Below, piece by piece: positions 29,316 to 40,811 of a stretch of 64,000 nucleotides of DNA (position 1 is its first letter; each line of letters begins with the position of its first letter). Below the pieces are notes generated by a model. It was not told the origin of the DNA. It worked only from the letters and a program-made list of their open reading frames with translations, and ran no database searches. The DNA comes from Balanoglossus misakiensis. Taxonomy: Eukaryota; Animalia; Hemichordata. The position numbers and the translations under genes are program-made. The stretch lies in contig CM082589.2 in the NCBI GenBank assembly GCA_040954595.2, forward strand, positions 1,539,810 to 1,603,809, read 5' to 3'.

Positions 29316-31437
29316 CACTTCCATACGTACATGTACGCAAGTCGACTTACATGTACCGTACAACAAAATTAGTTTTCAGAATGACATATTTTGACTGTAG
29401 CCAAGTGTATTGGTAGCATGCTGTTGGAAGACCTGCGTCGTATATTTATAGAGAATATTGCTGCAGTCTTGTTATTTCAATAACGCGGTAATGGGATACA
29501 GCCTCATATATTGCCTTTGCAGACAAAGCTTTGATTCCCTATTTCATCGTGAATGGAGACCATGCTAATTTCATAATAGAGGCCATAAAATATGGATGTT
29601 TCTGATTCGTTCTATGTATCTGAGCATGGCATTTGATGGTTGATTGACTGAATCTTTCTCCGTGATCAGAGGCAATTATTTGCTCTTCGATAACCCGGTG
29701 ATCGGTAACCATGGCAATGTATTTGAAGATATACATCACCCTATTCATCAGAAAAATAGATGATTCAGAATTTCATGATTTGCAGGAAATAATGCAGGGT
29801 GTATAAGAGATTGGATGCCTTTTCCCAAGGTAGTGCTTTTAATGAACACATGAAAGATATCTCGTAATTTGATTTTTTTAATGAAACCCACTCAGTGCAG
29901 TGTGATTTCAGTTTTAATATAAGGTGGAAAGAAAAAAAAACATGGTTTTTGATCAGCCAAATAATTTATTCAAGATTAAGAAAATCCTTCATGTTCACAA
30001 ACCAAGCAGCTTATATTCATCTTCAAATATATGAACCTGTTTGTGAAGATAGAAAGGAGAAGTGTGTGACATTCAAAGTAGACAGCCAGTCTTGATCCAT
30101 GCAAGATTTATGTTCTTTATACCTGCTTTCATATTGATTCATTGGTTCGTCTCCCTAACTGGAAATTACCAAATGACCCTGAATTGACCCATTTTGTTGC
30201 CGCAATCCAATAACCCAGTTCTGATTTTATGCTGGCTGTGTTTGCGCTGTATCCCAGCATGCATCTGTAATGGATTTGGTCATTATTTTGTAGTATTTCA
30301 TGTCTTTAAGCTGCATTACTGTAGATTTTTAGGGGTTTCTGTGTATTTTTCTTCTGTGGATCAATCAACTGCACTGTATTGTTTGATTCAACATAGCATG
30401 CAAACTTGAGACTCTCAAAGATCTCTCAAAACTGGCTGGATATTCCTTGCCGGATGTGGCTTATTTCTGACACCGCCTGATCAATCCTGAACCTCGCAGA
30501 AACATCGATGGTTAATACTACGCTGACGTGAGCAAACCTAGGCGACAGCAGTTACTGTCATATGCTAAATCGATGTTGAATAGATTCGGTGTTGGTGACG
30601 GCCTGAATGCTACTTGTAGACATTTTGTCTGGAGACGGTGGAGCAGTAGGTGGGCTGTGATAATCCACTCTACAGACACAATGAATTCTGGGATTGTTGT
30701 CCACAGTCGAAATACAGGACAGCTGTAGAAACAAGATCTGTTTGGTTTAGGCAGGTAGACACTATTGAGCTGCAGAAATTGTTTTTAGAAAAATGAAAAA
30801 ATAATGGCACCGTATCGGTTGCAGATGAAACACATACAGTAAGCGTCCACTTTGGATTTCAAATATTAATAGATATAGAAATAATTTTATCCAGTCCTCC
30901 AACATATTCTCGGTTATTTTCTTCGTGATACCAAATAATTGAAATTAAACTGGGACTAAGTCAAACAGTTAACATTATCACATTTGTTCTTAACTTTGAG
31001 ATAATGAAAGATAATGTTATATGTCACGCTAGTGTAATTTTCTTATCTAGGTAGTGCTGGCTTTCAATTCTCTGACTATCAGAAATTTAGTAATTCTGTG
31101 CTTGATTTTTTGTCGTGTACTAAATATAAAATGTATCTAGTGCGTGTGACATAGTGGAATGGAATGAGCTGCTTCTGAAAATTGAGATAATTGTTATTCT
31201 GCCTCTGTTCTGATATGACAGGGAATATTGTATCGTACATGTATTGGCAGATAATCATGAAGGACCTGTCAAAATGACAGCTATGCTGAATCTGTCAATT
31301 TTGTAACTGTATTCCCGACTGTATTATGCATTGTTGCCAGGCAGTCCTGCGTGAGATTATAACACGGTATCCAGGTCGCGTGATTTTCATGATTTGTTGA
31401 GAGAGAGTCTGTCATATGAGACTTCTCTCATCTAGCC

Positions 31438-31827
31438 TGCTTGTTAGCTCTCGAATGCTTGTATGCTTGTATGTTAGCTCTCAAAAGCTTGCATGCATAC
31501 AAGCATGCGCATGCTTGTATGTTAGCTCTCGAAGGCTTGTATGCATGCAAGCATGCGCATGCTTGTATGTTAGCTCTCGAAGGCTTGTATGCATGCAAGC
31601 ATGCGCATGCTTGTATTTTAGCTCTCGAAGGCTTGTATGCATGCAAGCATGCGCATGCTTGTATTTTAGCTCTCGAAGGCTTGTATGAATACAAGCATGC
31701 GCATGCTTGTATTTTAGCTCTCGAAGGCTTGTATGAATACAAGCATGCGCATGCTTGTATTTTAGCTCTCGAATGCTTATATGAATACAAGCATGCGCAT
31801 GCTTGTATTTTAGCTCTCGAAGGCTTG
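31438..31827. repeat. 48-bp tandem minisatellite (~8 units) with palindromic core CAAGCATGCGCATGCTTG
   Basis: aagcatgcgc recurs at 31501, 31549, 31597, 31645, 31693, 31741, 31789 (period 48). Confidence 0.97.
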
Positions 31828-31867
31828 CAAGAAAGTCATCTATTCACCAAGAAAGTCATCTATTCAC
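31828..31867. repeat. 20-bp direct duplication caagaaagtcatctattcac x2
   Basis: Two identical adjacent copies directly after the minisatellite. Confidence 0.9.
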
Positions 31868-31962
31868 CTCACTTGTTTGTATTTCAGCTGTGACATTTGA
31901 CCCCTGTCTTTGCCTAGAAGTGCACTTCCAGTTGGCAGGAATTATTTACATTTCACATCACA

Positions 31963-32851
31963 ATGGGCAAACAGAATAGTAAGCTCAGACCCGAGCAGCT
32001 GGATGATCTCAGACAACACACAGAATTTAACGATCACGAGTTACAAGAATGGTATAAAGGATTCCTTAAAGGTTAGCGGCAGATTTCTTTTGAAATTTTT
32101 CAATTTCATTTACATCAAAACAAAGTTTTAATTGTATTGATCTGAAGTCCTGTCTGAAATAAGCTTAAAATTTAGCTGATGATAATATGAAACTTCTTTT
32201 TATGAAAGTGATGATACTGTGAATTTATGTTTTCTTGTTTGCCTTCTACAGACTGTCCAAGCGGGCACTTGACCGTGGACGAGTTCAAGAAAATCTATGG
32301 CAATTTCTTCCCGTACGGGGATGCATCCAAATTTGCAGAACATGTATTTCGTACTTTTGACCAAAACAGTGATGGCACGATCGATTTCCGGGAGTTCATC
32401 TGTGCTCTTAGCGTAACATCTCGTGGAAAACTCGAAGATAAACTCAAATGGGCGTTTAGTATGTATGATCTGGATGGCAATGGTTACATCTCTCGACAAG
32501 AAATGCTAGAAATAGTTACGGTTAGTAAATATCATTCAATTCTGTCTGTTCAGTTAACCCTTTCACCACCATGGTTCAGTCAGAAAATTATTTTTATACT
32601 CTAGTACAAAACGTGTTTTATTTTTTATTTTTTCAATATTACAGGCTATCTACAAGATGGTTGGTACTGTCATGAAAATGCCGGAAGACGAGTCAACACC
32701 AGAAAAGAGAACAGATAAAATATTCCGACAAATGGACAAGAATTTGGACGGCAAACTATCACTGGCCGAGTTCATCGATGGAGCAAAGAACGACCCTTCC
32801 ATTGTTAGATTGCTTCAGTGTGATCCAAGTGGAGGTACACAGTTTATGTGA
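31963..32851 (+). CDS. NCALD: Neurocalcin/hippocalcin-like neuronal calcium sensor (recoverin/VILIP family), 194 aa; exons 31963-32071, 32252-32520, 32645-32851
   Basis: Spliced protein [72 protein letters not shown]... with myristoylation N-terminus, inactive EF1 (CPSG), EF2 [14 protein letters not shown]3 [14 protein letters not shown]4 [12 protein letters not shown] and C-terminal [12 protein letters not shown]. Both introns GT-AG with matching phases. The symbol is the nearest vertebrate family member; one-to-one orthology is not established. Confidence 0.96.
32554..32581. mobile_element. Solo end of the same small MITE family, in neurocalcin coding intron 2
   Basis: ttaaccctttcaccaccatggttcagtc closely matches the reverse complement of the right end of the 11151-11243 element. 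Confidence 0.55.
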
Positions 32852-33574
32852 GGTTATAGTTCAACTTTGGGTCAGAGGTTATCTAGGGGCCAGATTTAGT
32901 TTTTTTTTCTTCTTTAGTATACTTTTAATACAGTATTGTACATTTTGAAATGTAGTCTTCACGACCAGTGTCTTGCAAGAAAGAAGTCAGTCAACTTGAC
33001 TAAAGAGGGCGCCTTTCCTAACTTCTAGTTTCGTAGACTTTCAGAGCCTTTCATTGTAGCATTGTCATGTCTATAGCTTTCACTTTCCCTATCAGGTGAT
33101 GTTCACTTGTGGGTTCGATCAAATACAGCTCAAGTTGTCAGTTTTAGTTGTATTTTAACATCCTTTTGAAGTGGGATAGCGCCCCCTTTGACAAGAATGA
33201 GGCATGTACTGCAGAGTTTAACAGAAGTTCAACACATTGAGCATTTGATGAACTTTTATTCATTCAAAGAAGAAAGTGAAAAGTTAGTTGTAATATACAA
33301 GTAGTCAGAACGAATATTCAGTCAATGCAGCTACTTGGACTTTTTTATTTTATTTGCTAGTCAGGTTGAACAAATTTCATGGGTATGATCGAACGTGATT
33401 GATCGCGTTCTTTCATTTTAAAATCAGGAAAATCTGAAGGCGTGAAATCCCGTAGTCTGGCAAAGACTGTAGTGTCCATGTAGAATATTCCATAATTGTG
33501 AATCTATTTAATAACATGTGGATCATGACAGATTGAAATTCTTAATTTGCAAGTTGTCGGACAGACTATCGTGA

Positions 33575-33656
33575 TCACAATAATGTAGCTTACTTCCCCG
33601 AACATCATTTAAGCCTCACAATAATGTAGCTTACTTCCCTGAACATCATTTAAGCC
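33575..33656. repeat. 41-bp tandem duplication in the presumed neurocalcin 3'UTR
   Basis: tcacaataatgtagcttacttccc(c/t)gaacatcatttaagcc twice, one mismatch. Confidence 0.92.
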
Positions 33657-36137
33657 TTATAATTGCTTATTATTCACATTTTAATTCCTTCTTTGAATAT
33701 TTGCCAATTTTATCAAAACATTATTCTAATTTACCAGCTATATGTTCTCAGTCTATTTGCAAGAACCATTTCCTATTACCAGAGCTAGCCTTTTAATTAT
33801 TAAATTATTATATGTTCTATACTAATTATTCCATAATCCATTTTGCAAATTTGGCCAGCATCATACATAGCCATGCAATTATAAATTATGCTTATATAGG
33901 TAGGGTAAAAACCAAAATCAAAGCAAAATAATTTGCTGACATTTGTCAACACAGTTAAAATGAAAGGTAATATATTATCTAAGGATGTTATATGTAAATC
34001 TCGGAATAGAAAAAACAAACACTTTTTATCTATAAAGAATGCTATTGCAGGAATTTTTGCTCGTTAGTAAACCAGAACTGTTTTGTATTTAATCCTTAGT
34101 GCTTTTTGAAATTAGAAGTTTTTGGTGCAGACTTTTCCTGTCTGCCTGTAGATGTGATAATATATCGGAATATAAAAATGAAAAATTAGGATTCAAAGGT
34201 TTATTGACTAAATCGTGTCCATGATTCACAATGCATATTGCAAGAATGGATTTTTGTTGTTTTAGTTTCTATCTTTTTCATATTCGTAGATTTGAAGTCA
34301 GTATTGTTGTTGTTGTTGTGTGTGATGTACTTGTATTCATGCTCCTTGGATTCTCTTTCTAAACATTAATTGCATTTCCCTTATCTTTACCTCATCGTTG
34401 TAACTTTATGAATTATCCAAAAATTCACTTGCAAGTTCTGTCACTGTGAGATCGCTATTGCTTTAAAAGTGTGAGAGAAAGTCAACTTGTATTTCAAGGC
34501 AGCTAGTCACATTGCTTATAACATGCATTGGTTTCTTTTATGTATACTCATTTAAGATTTTATTGGATGTCATTCTGGGAAACTGTAACCTCTGTCAAAC
34601 TGGCTCATAGTGCAAAGGATTGGGTAAGCATTTTTATACTGAATCTTCATAATGTCTCCATCATGCTCAACAAATTTGTGGATATCATCTCTCTGGAATC
34701 TATTTAAACCCAGATATTTCTTTAATAGGGAAAAGCAAAGCTGGAAAAGTATCTCGCATCCTTCAGTAAGTATACATGGCTGTTGTTTGCAATGCAATAG
34801 AAAGTGCAATCTTTGAAATTAGTTTAATTTGTACCAGTGCAGCAGTGCGGTTTGAGTATAAAGGTTCAATTTCATTGGTGTTGATCGGTAACTTAGTCGG
34901 CAGCTCTGTATTTTCCTCAGTTCGAGTCAGCATCTTTCAACCCTGTGAAGTTTTATATGTGATTTGCCCAAACAATACATGTGATCTCCTATAACTAATG
35001 TAGTCAACCCAGAATGACAATATTGATCACGTGATCTGGTCCAACCAATGGTGGGCTGTCATACCAATCATGTGATCCAGCTCAACCAATCATCAGGGCT
35101 TTGGAAGGGTGAAGTCGGCCATGTTTATATCGTACAATCAGTGCAATATTCCTCCAGGGAAGACTCAGAAATCAAGCGTGTGTATCCATTCCCCCATGTC
35201 AGTGACAAACTTACTCATTTTCTTGGTTGCTTTTTTGTTGATCAGCTTGATAAATAGTAATCATTGCAGCCATGCATTTTGTTTCTTCCTTGTCCATTGG
35301 GTTATTGGTTTGTCAACATATCATTTCTGTAGAGTACATTTCATTGCAAGTAATATGAAAGAAAGTTAGTTTTTTTCCACTATTTTCCACTAAAAGCAAG
35401 AAAGAAACCTTGTTTTTGCACATTTTCAAGCTAACAAAAATATCAAAAAAATATTAGGACATGCTGTAATTAGTAGAAATAATTAGAAAATTTCAGTAAT
35501 TTATGCAGAGAAAATATCACTGTATATATATTATTCACTATTTTATCAGCCTAGAATGTAAGCGTCGCGATATTTGTAGCTCGTGTAGAAATGCACTGGC
35601 CATGGTTTTGATGGTTTAATCTCTAATATACAAAGCTGGTAAAGTCATTATTTAACTAGATAGGTAGTAGTTGGCACTTTTTCCATCCTGAAAATAAACT
35701 TTGAATTCAACTTGTCTTAGATGTGTTATTTTTGGAGTGAGGGGCAAGTGGTTAAATTGACATGGCTGGATGGGATAAGGATAGAGATACTCCTGGAAAT
35801 ACTGGAATTTTGAGGATTGGGGTAATTTGTTTATTAACAATAGTAAAATTAATTTTCAACGTTGGGGCGCACATCATTGGTTCCATGCGGACGATGACTG
35901 TCCTGCTTCAACCCCCAGGTCTTGTCAATGTCATTTTGCTTTCAGTACTATGCAGCAAATGATCGCCTATCTATCTGTTCATCTACCTCGTTTAATAGAA
36001 CTTCCTAACCTATTAACTGTTATCACCGAATAAGTTTCAAAAATATGTAAATAAATGAATCAACGTTTCTCATTTTAAAAATTAGTCCTGGGATGTTTAC
36101 AGAGCATCAAATCCTTCTCCATTTTCTTCAAGCTGAA

Positions 36138-39100
36138 TCAATACGCGAAAAGTACTTTATCGACGACGTGGATGACGCCATTGGTTGCCATGGTATCGGT
36201 TTTCGTGATGGTGGCGCTGTCCACGATGAGTCCTCGACTTCCGTCATACACACGGATTTGGTCTTCAGCTAAGGTTGTCATGTACATAGGGTACCACCAT
36301 GTTCCCCTTAATAGTTTCATGCCACAATGAACGTCTGTGAAGGAAAATAATACTAGTTTATAAATCTTGCTGGTCATGAATAACTAACTAGTGAATTTCT
36401 TACAAAAATAGTTTTGGAAAGAAAAGTTTTTGACTTCGTGAGTGTAACGCCAGCAGTGTTAGAGACGGGACAGGGAACCGGACAAATTAAATTTGTGAAA
36501 TGACCGCCTACCCTCCACAATATGATGTGAGATGACACCTCTCAAAGTATGTGGGTCGTTCAACACGCGTTCAAGATATTCCTCGGGCAGCTCTTCGAAG
36601 GCTTCGTTGCTAGGAGCAAACACCGTCAGAGCGCCATCACCGTCCAACACTTCCGCAAGACCGGCTACCTCGATGGCTTGCAACAGTGTGCTGAAGTTTG
36701 AATCTGCTTTGATGATTTCCAATATATTTCCAGAGGGCGGCATAAGAACCTTCGGTGGAAGAAGAGAATGTCTTTTGTCAAGCCACGTGCTTCATCAGTT
36801 TTAATCGTAATCATGCTTCTTTTGAAGTAGACAAACGTTTATGACAGAATTGTTTACCTTGTCGATCTTATGGATGACGCCATTACATCCTAAGATGTCA
36901 CTTTGAACGACAGGGACACAGTCGACGCTCAATCCTTGTGGACGGTCAAATCGAAAAATTGGCTACAACAGAAAGAAAACACTATTTTAGTACGACAAGG
37001 CAAATATCAAGGACAAAGTCCGTTCATTAGGTGAAAAATACAATTTACAAAATGTAAACTCATAAAAATCATCATCAAAATCGGTTTCTTTGACAATTTA
37101 TATGAAATAACTGCCAGCAAGTGCAGGTCACTTCTGATTGGTTGTTCCCTCACACGGCAGATTTGCATATTTTAGACTACAGGTGTCGTGTGAGAATACA
37201 AATTAGGGCACTTTCCATGCATGCTCAGCGTTTTCTGTTCGTCGTCACTTCCGCGTGGGCTCTCTGTTGATTGTCAGCGTGCACCGTTTGCTGTCGACCC
37301 CTTCCCCTTAAAACGTCACGATTCGAGAGGTAAGCTCCATTTCTTTGCTTTGTTCAAGACATTTGGTGTTACACAGCATGTTTTTCAACTATATTTAAAG
37401 CAATTAGTAGATGCGTACTCTCTGGCAAGTGTCGATACGGAGGTCGTTGCCATCCATTGCGGTCACCTTGTGGTCGTTGTCTCGAACGAGGTCACGTGAT
37501 GTCAAACTTTGTGGGACAACGTGATGCATCAAGACTTGGCGAAGAACACTACTCTCTTGGAGAGCGTCTTTCACATCTTGGGAGAGATTCTTAAAGACAA
37601 AGCGAAAAAAATGTCTTTTATTAAGTATACTCGGATGCGTTGTCAAGATGCATGCTAACAAGCCTCCCAAGATGGCGGCTCATCACAGGGGTAGAACATT
37701 CTTTCTTCTTGATCGTATGAACTTCTGGACAATACCTGAATCGCTTCTTCAGTTGGCGCGAACAATGTCACATTTTTTGTGTTCTGGAGCAGATACAGCA
37801 AATCTGCCTCTTCTATCAGATCGAATAGTACGCCCTCTAGCAGATAGGGAAGCTGTCGAGCTTGATAATAAGATATTTGTGGACAATTACCAATTGTAAC
37901 GAAACGCTTTTGGTTTATATGAAGTATATGGATTTGAACACATATTTTGAAAACACAGTATAAGATTGAGATATGGAACGTTTGCAAACGAATCCGAATT
38001 TGAAAAGTACCTTCTTTTGGGACGAGAACGGCATCGATCGTATGGATGACGCCATTGGTTGCCACGATATCCTTAGCAACGAACTGCGCGTCCCCAATGA
38101 AGAACTTGTCATCAGAAGTGCGATTGACGTACAGTTCTGTGCCGAGCTGGGTAGTGACGTAATGGTAACTGGTGATCGCCGCTGAACAGATCGTGTGGGG
38201 TACCAGATGATTGTCCAAAAGAGCTGCAGAGAAACAAAATTTCTGAGGCAATGCTGAGAACGATCCGGGATGCGCACATATTGTATGTGGAGTTGACAGT
38301 TGTAAACTATAATTGGAGAGTTATCTACGAACCTGTCAAACAATCTGAATCTTGAATTAGGGCGTTAAAGAGTTTCGGTCCCAGTTTCTTGAAAGCGCCA
38401 TCAGTCGGTGCAAAGAGTGTAAGTTGGGTCTTGTCTTTTAACTTCTGCAGATTCCCAACTTGGGCCATTGCTTGAAATGAGAAAAAGGTGACGAATATTG
38501 ATCTGCAAATATCTTGACAGGAAACATTTCTTCACGTAAGCGTAGCGAACAAAATGTAGACATCATCAAAAGCAGAAGGAATTTACCTGTCTTCAGAATG
38601 CTGAATTGTGGGTCGTTTTCGATAATTTCTGAAACGCTTCTGGTCGTTGACTTCATAGTGTCATCAAGCACGTGAACAACTCCATTGGTAGCGAAATTGT
38701 TTGGTTTTACCACGCGTGCGCAGTTGGCCGTAACTATCTGAAAGAAATATGAATTAAGTCACTAGCATCAGTAAAGATAGAAAAAACGCGATATGATAAC
38801 TTGAGAAAAGCTTGAGAAAAGCTGGTTTACCAATTCCGGTCCACTATTTGGGTAATATCCAAGTCTTATCGTCCGATTATTTAACGTCGTCAATATTTCT
38901 TCATCTTTCATGTCACTGGTTCTGCGTGGTCCCTCCACTATGTGACTCTCCACTGTCGTCTGCCAATCGTCCGATGCTCCATCCACTATCAGTTCGTTCA
39001 CCAAGTTCTGCGCAATGATAGCAAAGATCAATATATTCATTCACCCAAAGCTCAGGTAAGTCACGTGACGGTGTATATCACCAAGACCCATGCATCATAT

Positions 39101-40297
39101 TTGTTTTAAATGTTGACTTGTTGTGTGTTGAAACATTATTATCACAAAGAGGTCACACTGCCCCTCATGTGAACGAAATACCGAGTTTGAATGTCTTCCA
39201 ATGATAGCGTCAGACGTTATTTTGCAAGCGGTGCAGATAACATATCTTATGATTATCAAAGACTAAACTGACTAGACTTATCAAACACTATGAAGTTATA
39301 TCCCATAATATGTAAAAACATGGCCACCTTACCAACTCAGCACCCTGCATGACGTCATCAAATGGCGCAAAGATGGTGTAATTATTTCCATTTCTCAGTG
39401 TCTTGTGCAAACCCGCCACTTCAACGAGGTCTAAGAACTCCTCTGCGCCAACGTCCGCCAGGGTTCTGGGTAGAGGTTTCAAGTCAATTTCTGAAATCAG
39501 AGAAGACACTATTCATAGTATTGTCTTTTTCGGGGGTTTCTTATCTTGTCAGTCTTGTAATCCTCATTTGGTCCCGAGACCGACAATGTGTGACAAAACA
39601 TGAGGTCGAATAATTACCAAGTGGACATCCCGGCTCGCCTTCTTTACGTCCGTAGCCATAGCAACACTCATGAGTAACTTCAGACACCCTCAAGTTCCCG
39701 GATGCCGTCAGTCTGAAAAACAGAGTTGACGCAGAAATAACCTTTGTCCATAAAGACTAACAAAATCATGCATGGCGAGCAGGATAGTGCAATTATTTTT
39801 TTCCAAATCGAAGGAGCGTTTGATATAAAGTTTCTTACCTTGATGTGCATCGTCTGAAATGATTGTGGTGATCATGACAATACGAAGACCAGGACCTACT
39901 GAATGGGCTCCTGCGATATCGTCCGCGTTGTTGGTATGGCAACGGACCCGGCCCGTAGAAGGACGGCATGGAGCCAAAAAAGTCGCGGCCGCCACCAAAC
40001 AGGTTCTGGAAATCCGAGGTGACATTGCCGGCTCGAGAAACACAAACATTCGGTCTGTAAATGGACGAAAAGTGGTGGCAATGAATACTCTGTTTGGTTT
40101 TTAATTAGGGCCTATGATACCAATGTCGCTTCCTCGGTCCCTGGAGTATTAGAAAATGCAACATACCCTTGCCACCAATGGAAATATCCACGATTATGAT
40201 GCCATCTGTTCTGGTGATGCCCAAAATGTCGACTCGGACGCGCCTCGATCAACCCAGTGCAGAGAACCACAGCTCCAAACACAAGCAGTGACTTCAT
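36138..40297 (-). CDS. Secreted EMI + 4x FAS1 fasciclin protein, TGFBI (betaig-h3)/periostin-like, 704 aa; exons 40297-40167, 40054-39839, 39712-39618, 39490-39333, 39007-38831, 38737-38587, 38470-38333, 38223-38011, 37860-37736, 37589-37419, 36962-36858, 36749-36512, 36334-36138
   Basis: Signal peptide MKSLLVFGAVVLCTGLIEA; EMI hallmarks QGPNVC and HECCYGYGRKEGEPGCP; four FAS1 H1 motifs (YTIFAP, LTLFAPTDGAF, VTLFAPTEEA, LTVFAPSNEAF) and four H2 motifs (ATNGVVHVLD, ATNGVIHTID, GCNGVIHKID, ATNGVIHVVD); VTANCARVV as in periostin/TGFBI. All 12 introns GT-AG; exon sum 2115 nt, open to TGA. Confidence 0.93.
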
Positions 40298-40624
40298 TGT
40301 CCAATCGAGTCTTGAACCAATCTGACCCTCGGACTGAAGTGTACCTGAGCTTTGTTCGGCTAGACGTTACATGAACTAAAACAAACTGCTAACGGGGCGA
40401 TATCTGAATTCCACACGTGTTCCTGTTTACAGATTTGCAAACGAGCTGATAGGAAACGTCAAACAATAGAGTATATCCCTCGCATATATACTTTGGTTCA
40501 CTGCCAGCAATTACTGCTGTATTTAGTTACCCCATGGAGGTGGTTAACCACCATCAACCATTTCACATTTTGCTTTCTTCAAGTTATAGACAAAAGATTA
40601 ACGCAATATGGCATATAAATATTT

Positions 40625-40630
40625 TTTATT
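40625..40630 (-). terminator. Candidate polyadenylation signal of the NAGPA-like gene
   Basis: AATAAA on the minus strand ~180 nt after the stop codon. Confidence 0.55.
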
Positions 40631-40811
40631 TTGTCAATATATCGGTCCAGTCTCAAAATAATCTTTGATATTTGCTGACTAGGTTCATATCGTCCAGGTC
40701 AATCGAAGGCTAGTCTTTCTGTCAACAGAAATTGTGACGGTTGTATTTACAGTCAAGGGTCAACGTTCAAGACAAGCAGATACAATAGTTCATATTTAGC
40801 TGCCATTTTAT

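Noticed and set aside
31416-31893. Three overlapping repetitive ORFs; superficial CRISPR-like palindromic array
   Set aside because: Translations of the 48-bp minisatellite. The segments between palindromes are near-identical rather than unique spacers, there are no cas genes, and the context is eukaryotic.
39708-40104. 113-, 81- and 61-aa ORFs over fasciclin exon 2
   Set aside because: Alternative-frame or antisense shadows; the true frame (GPNVC...) is fixed by splice phases.
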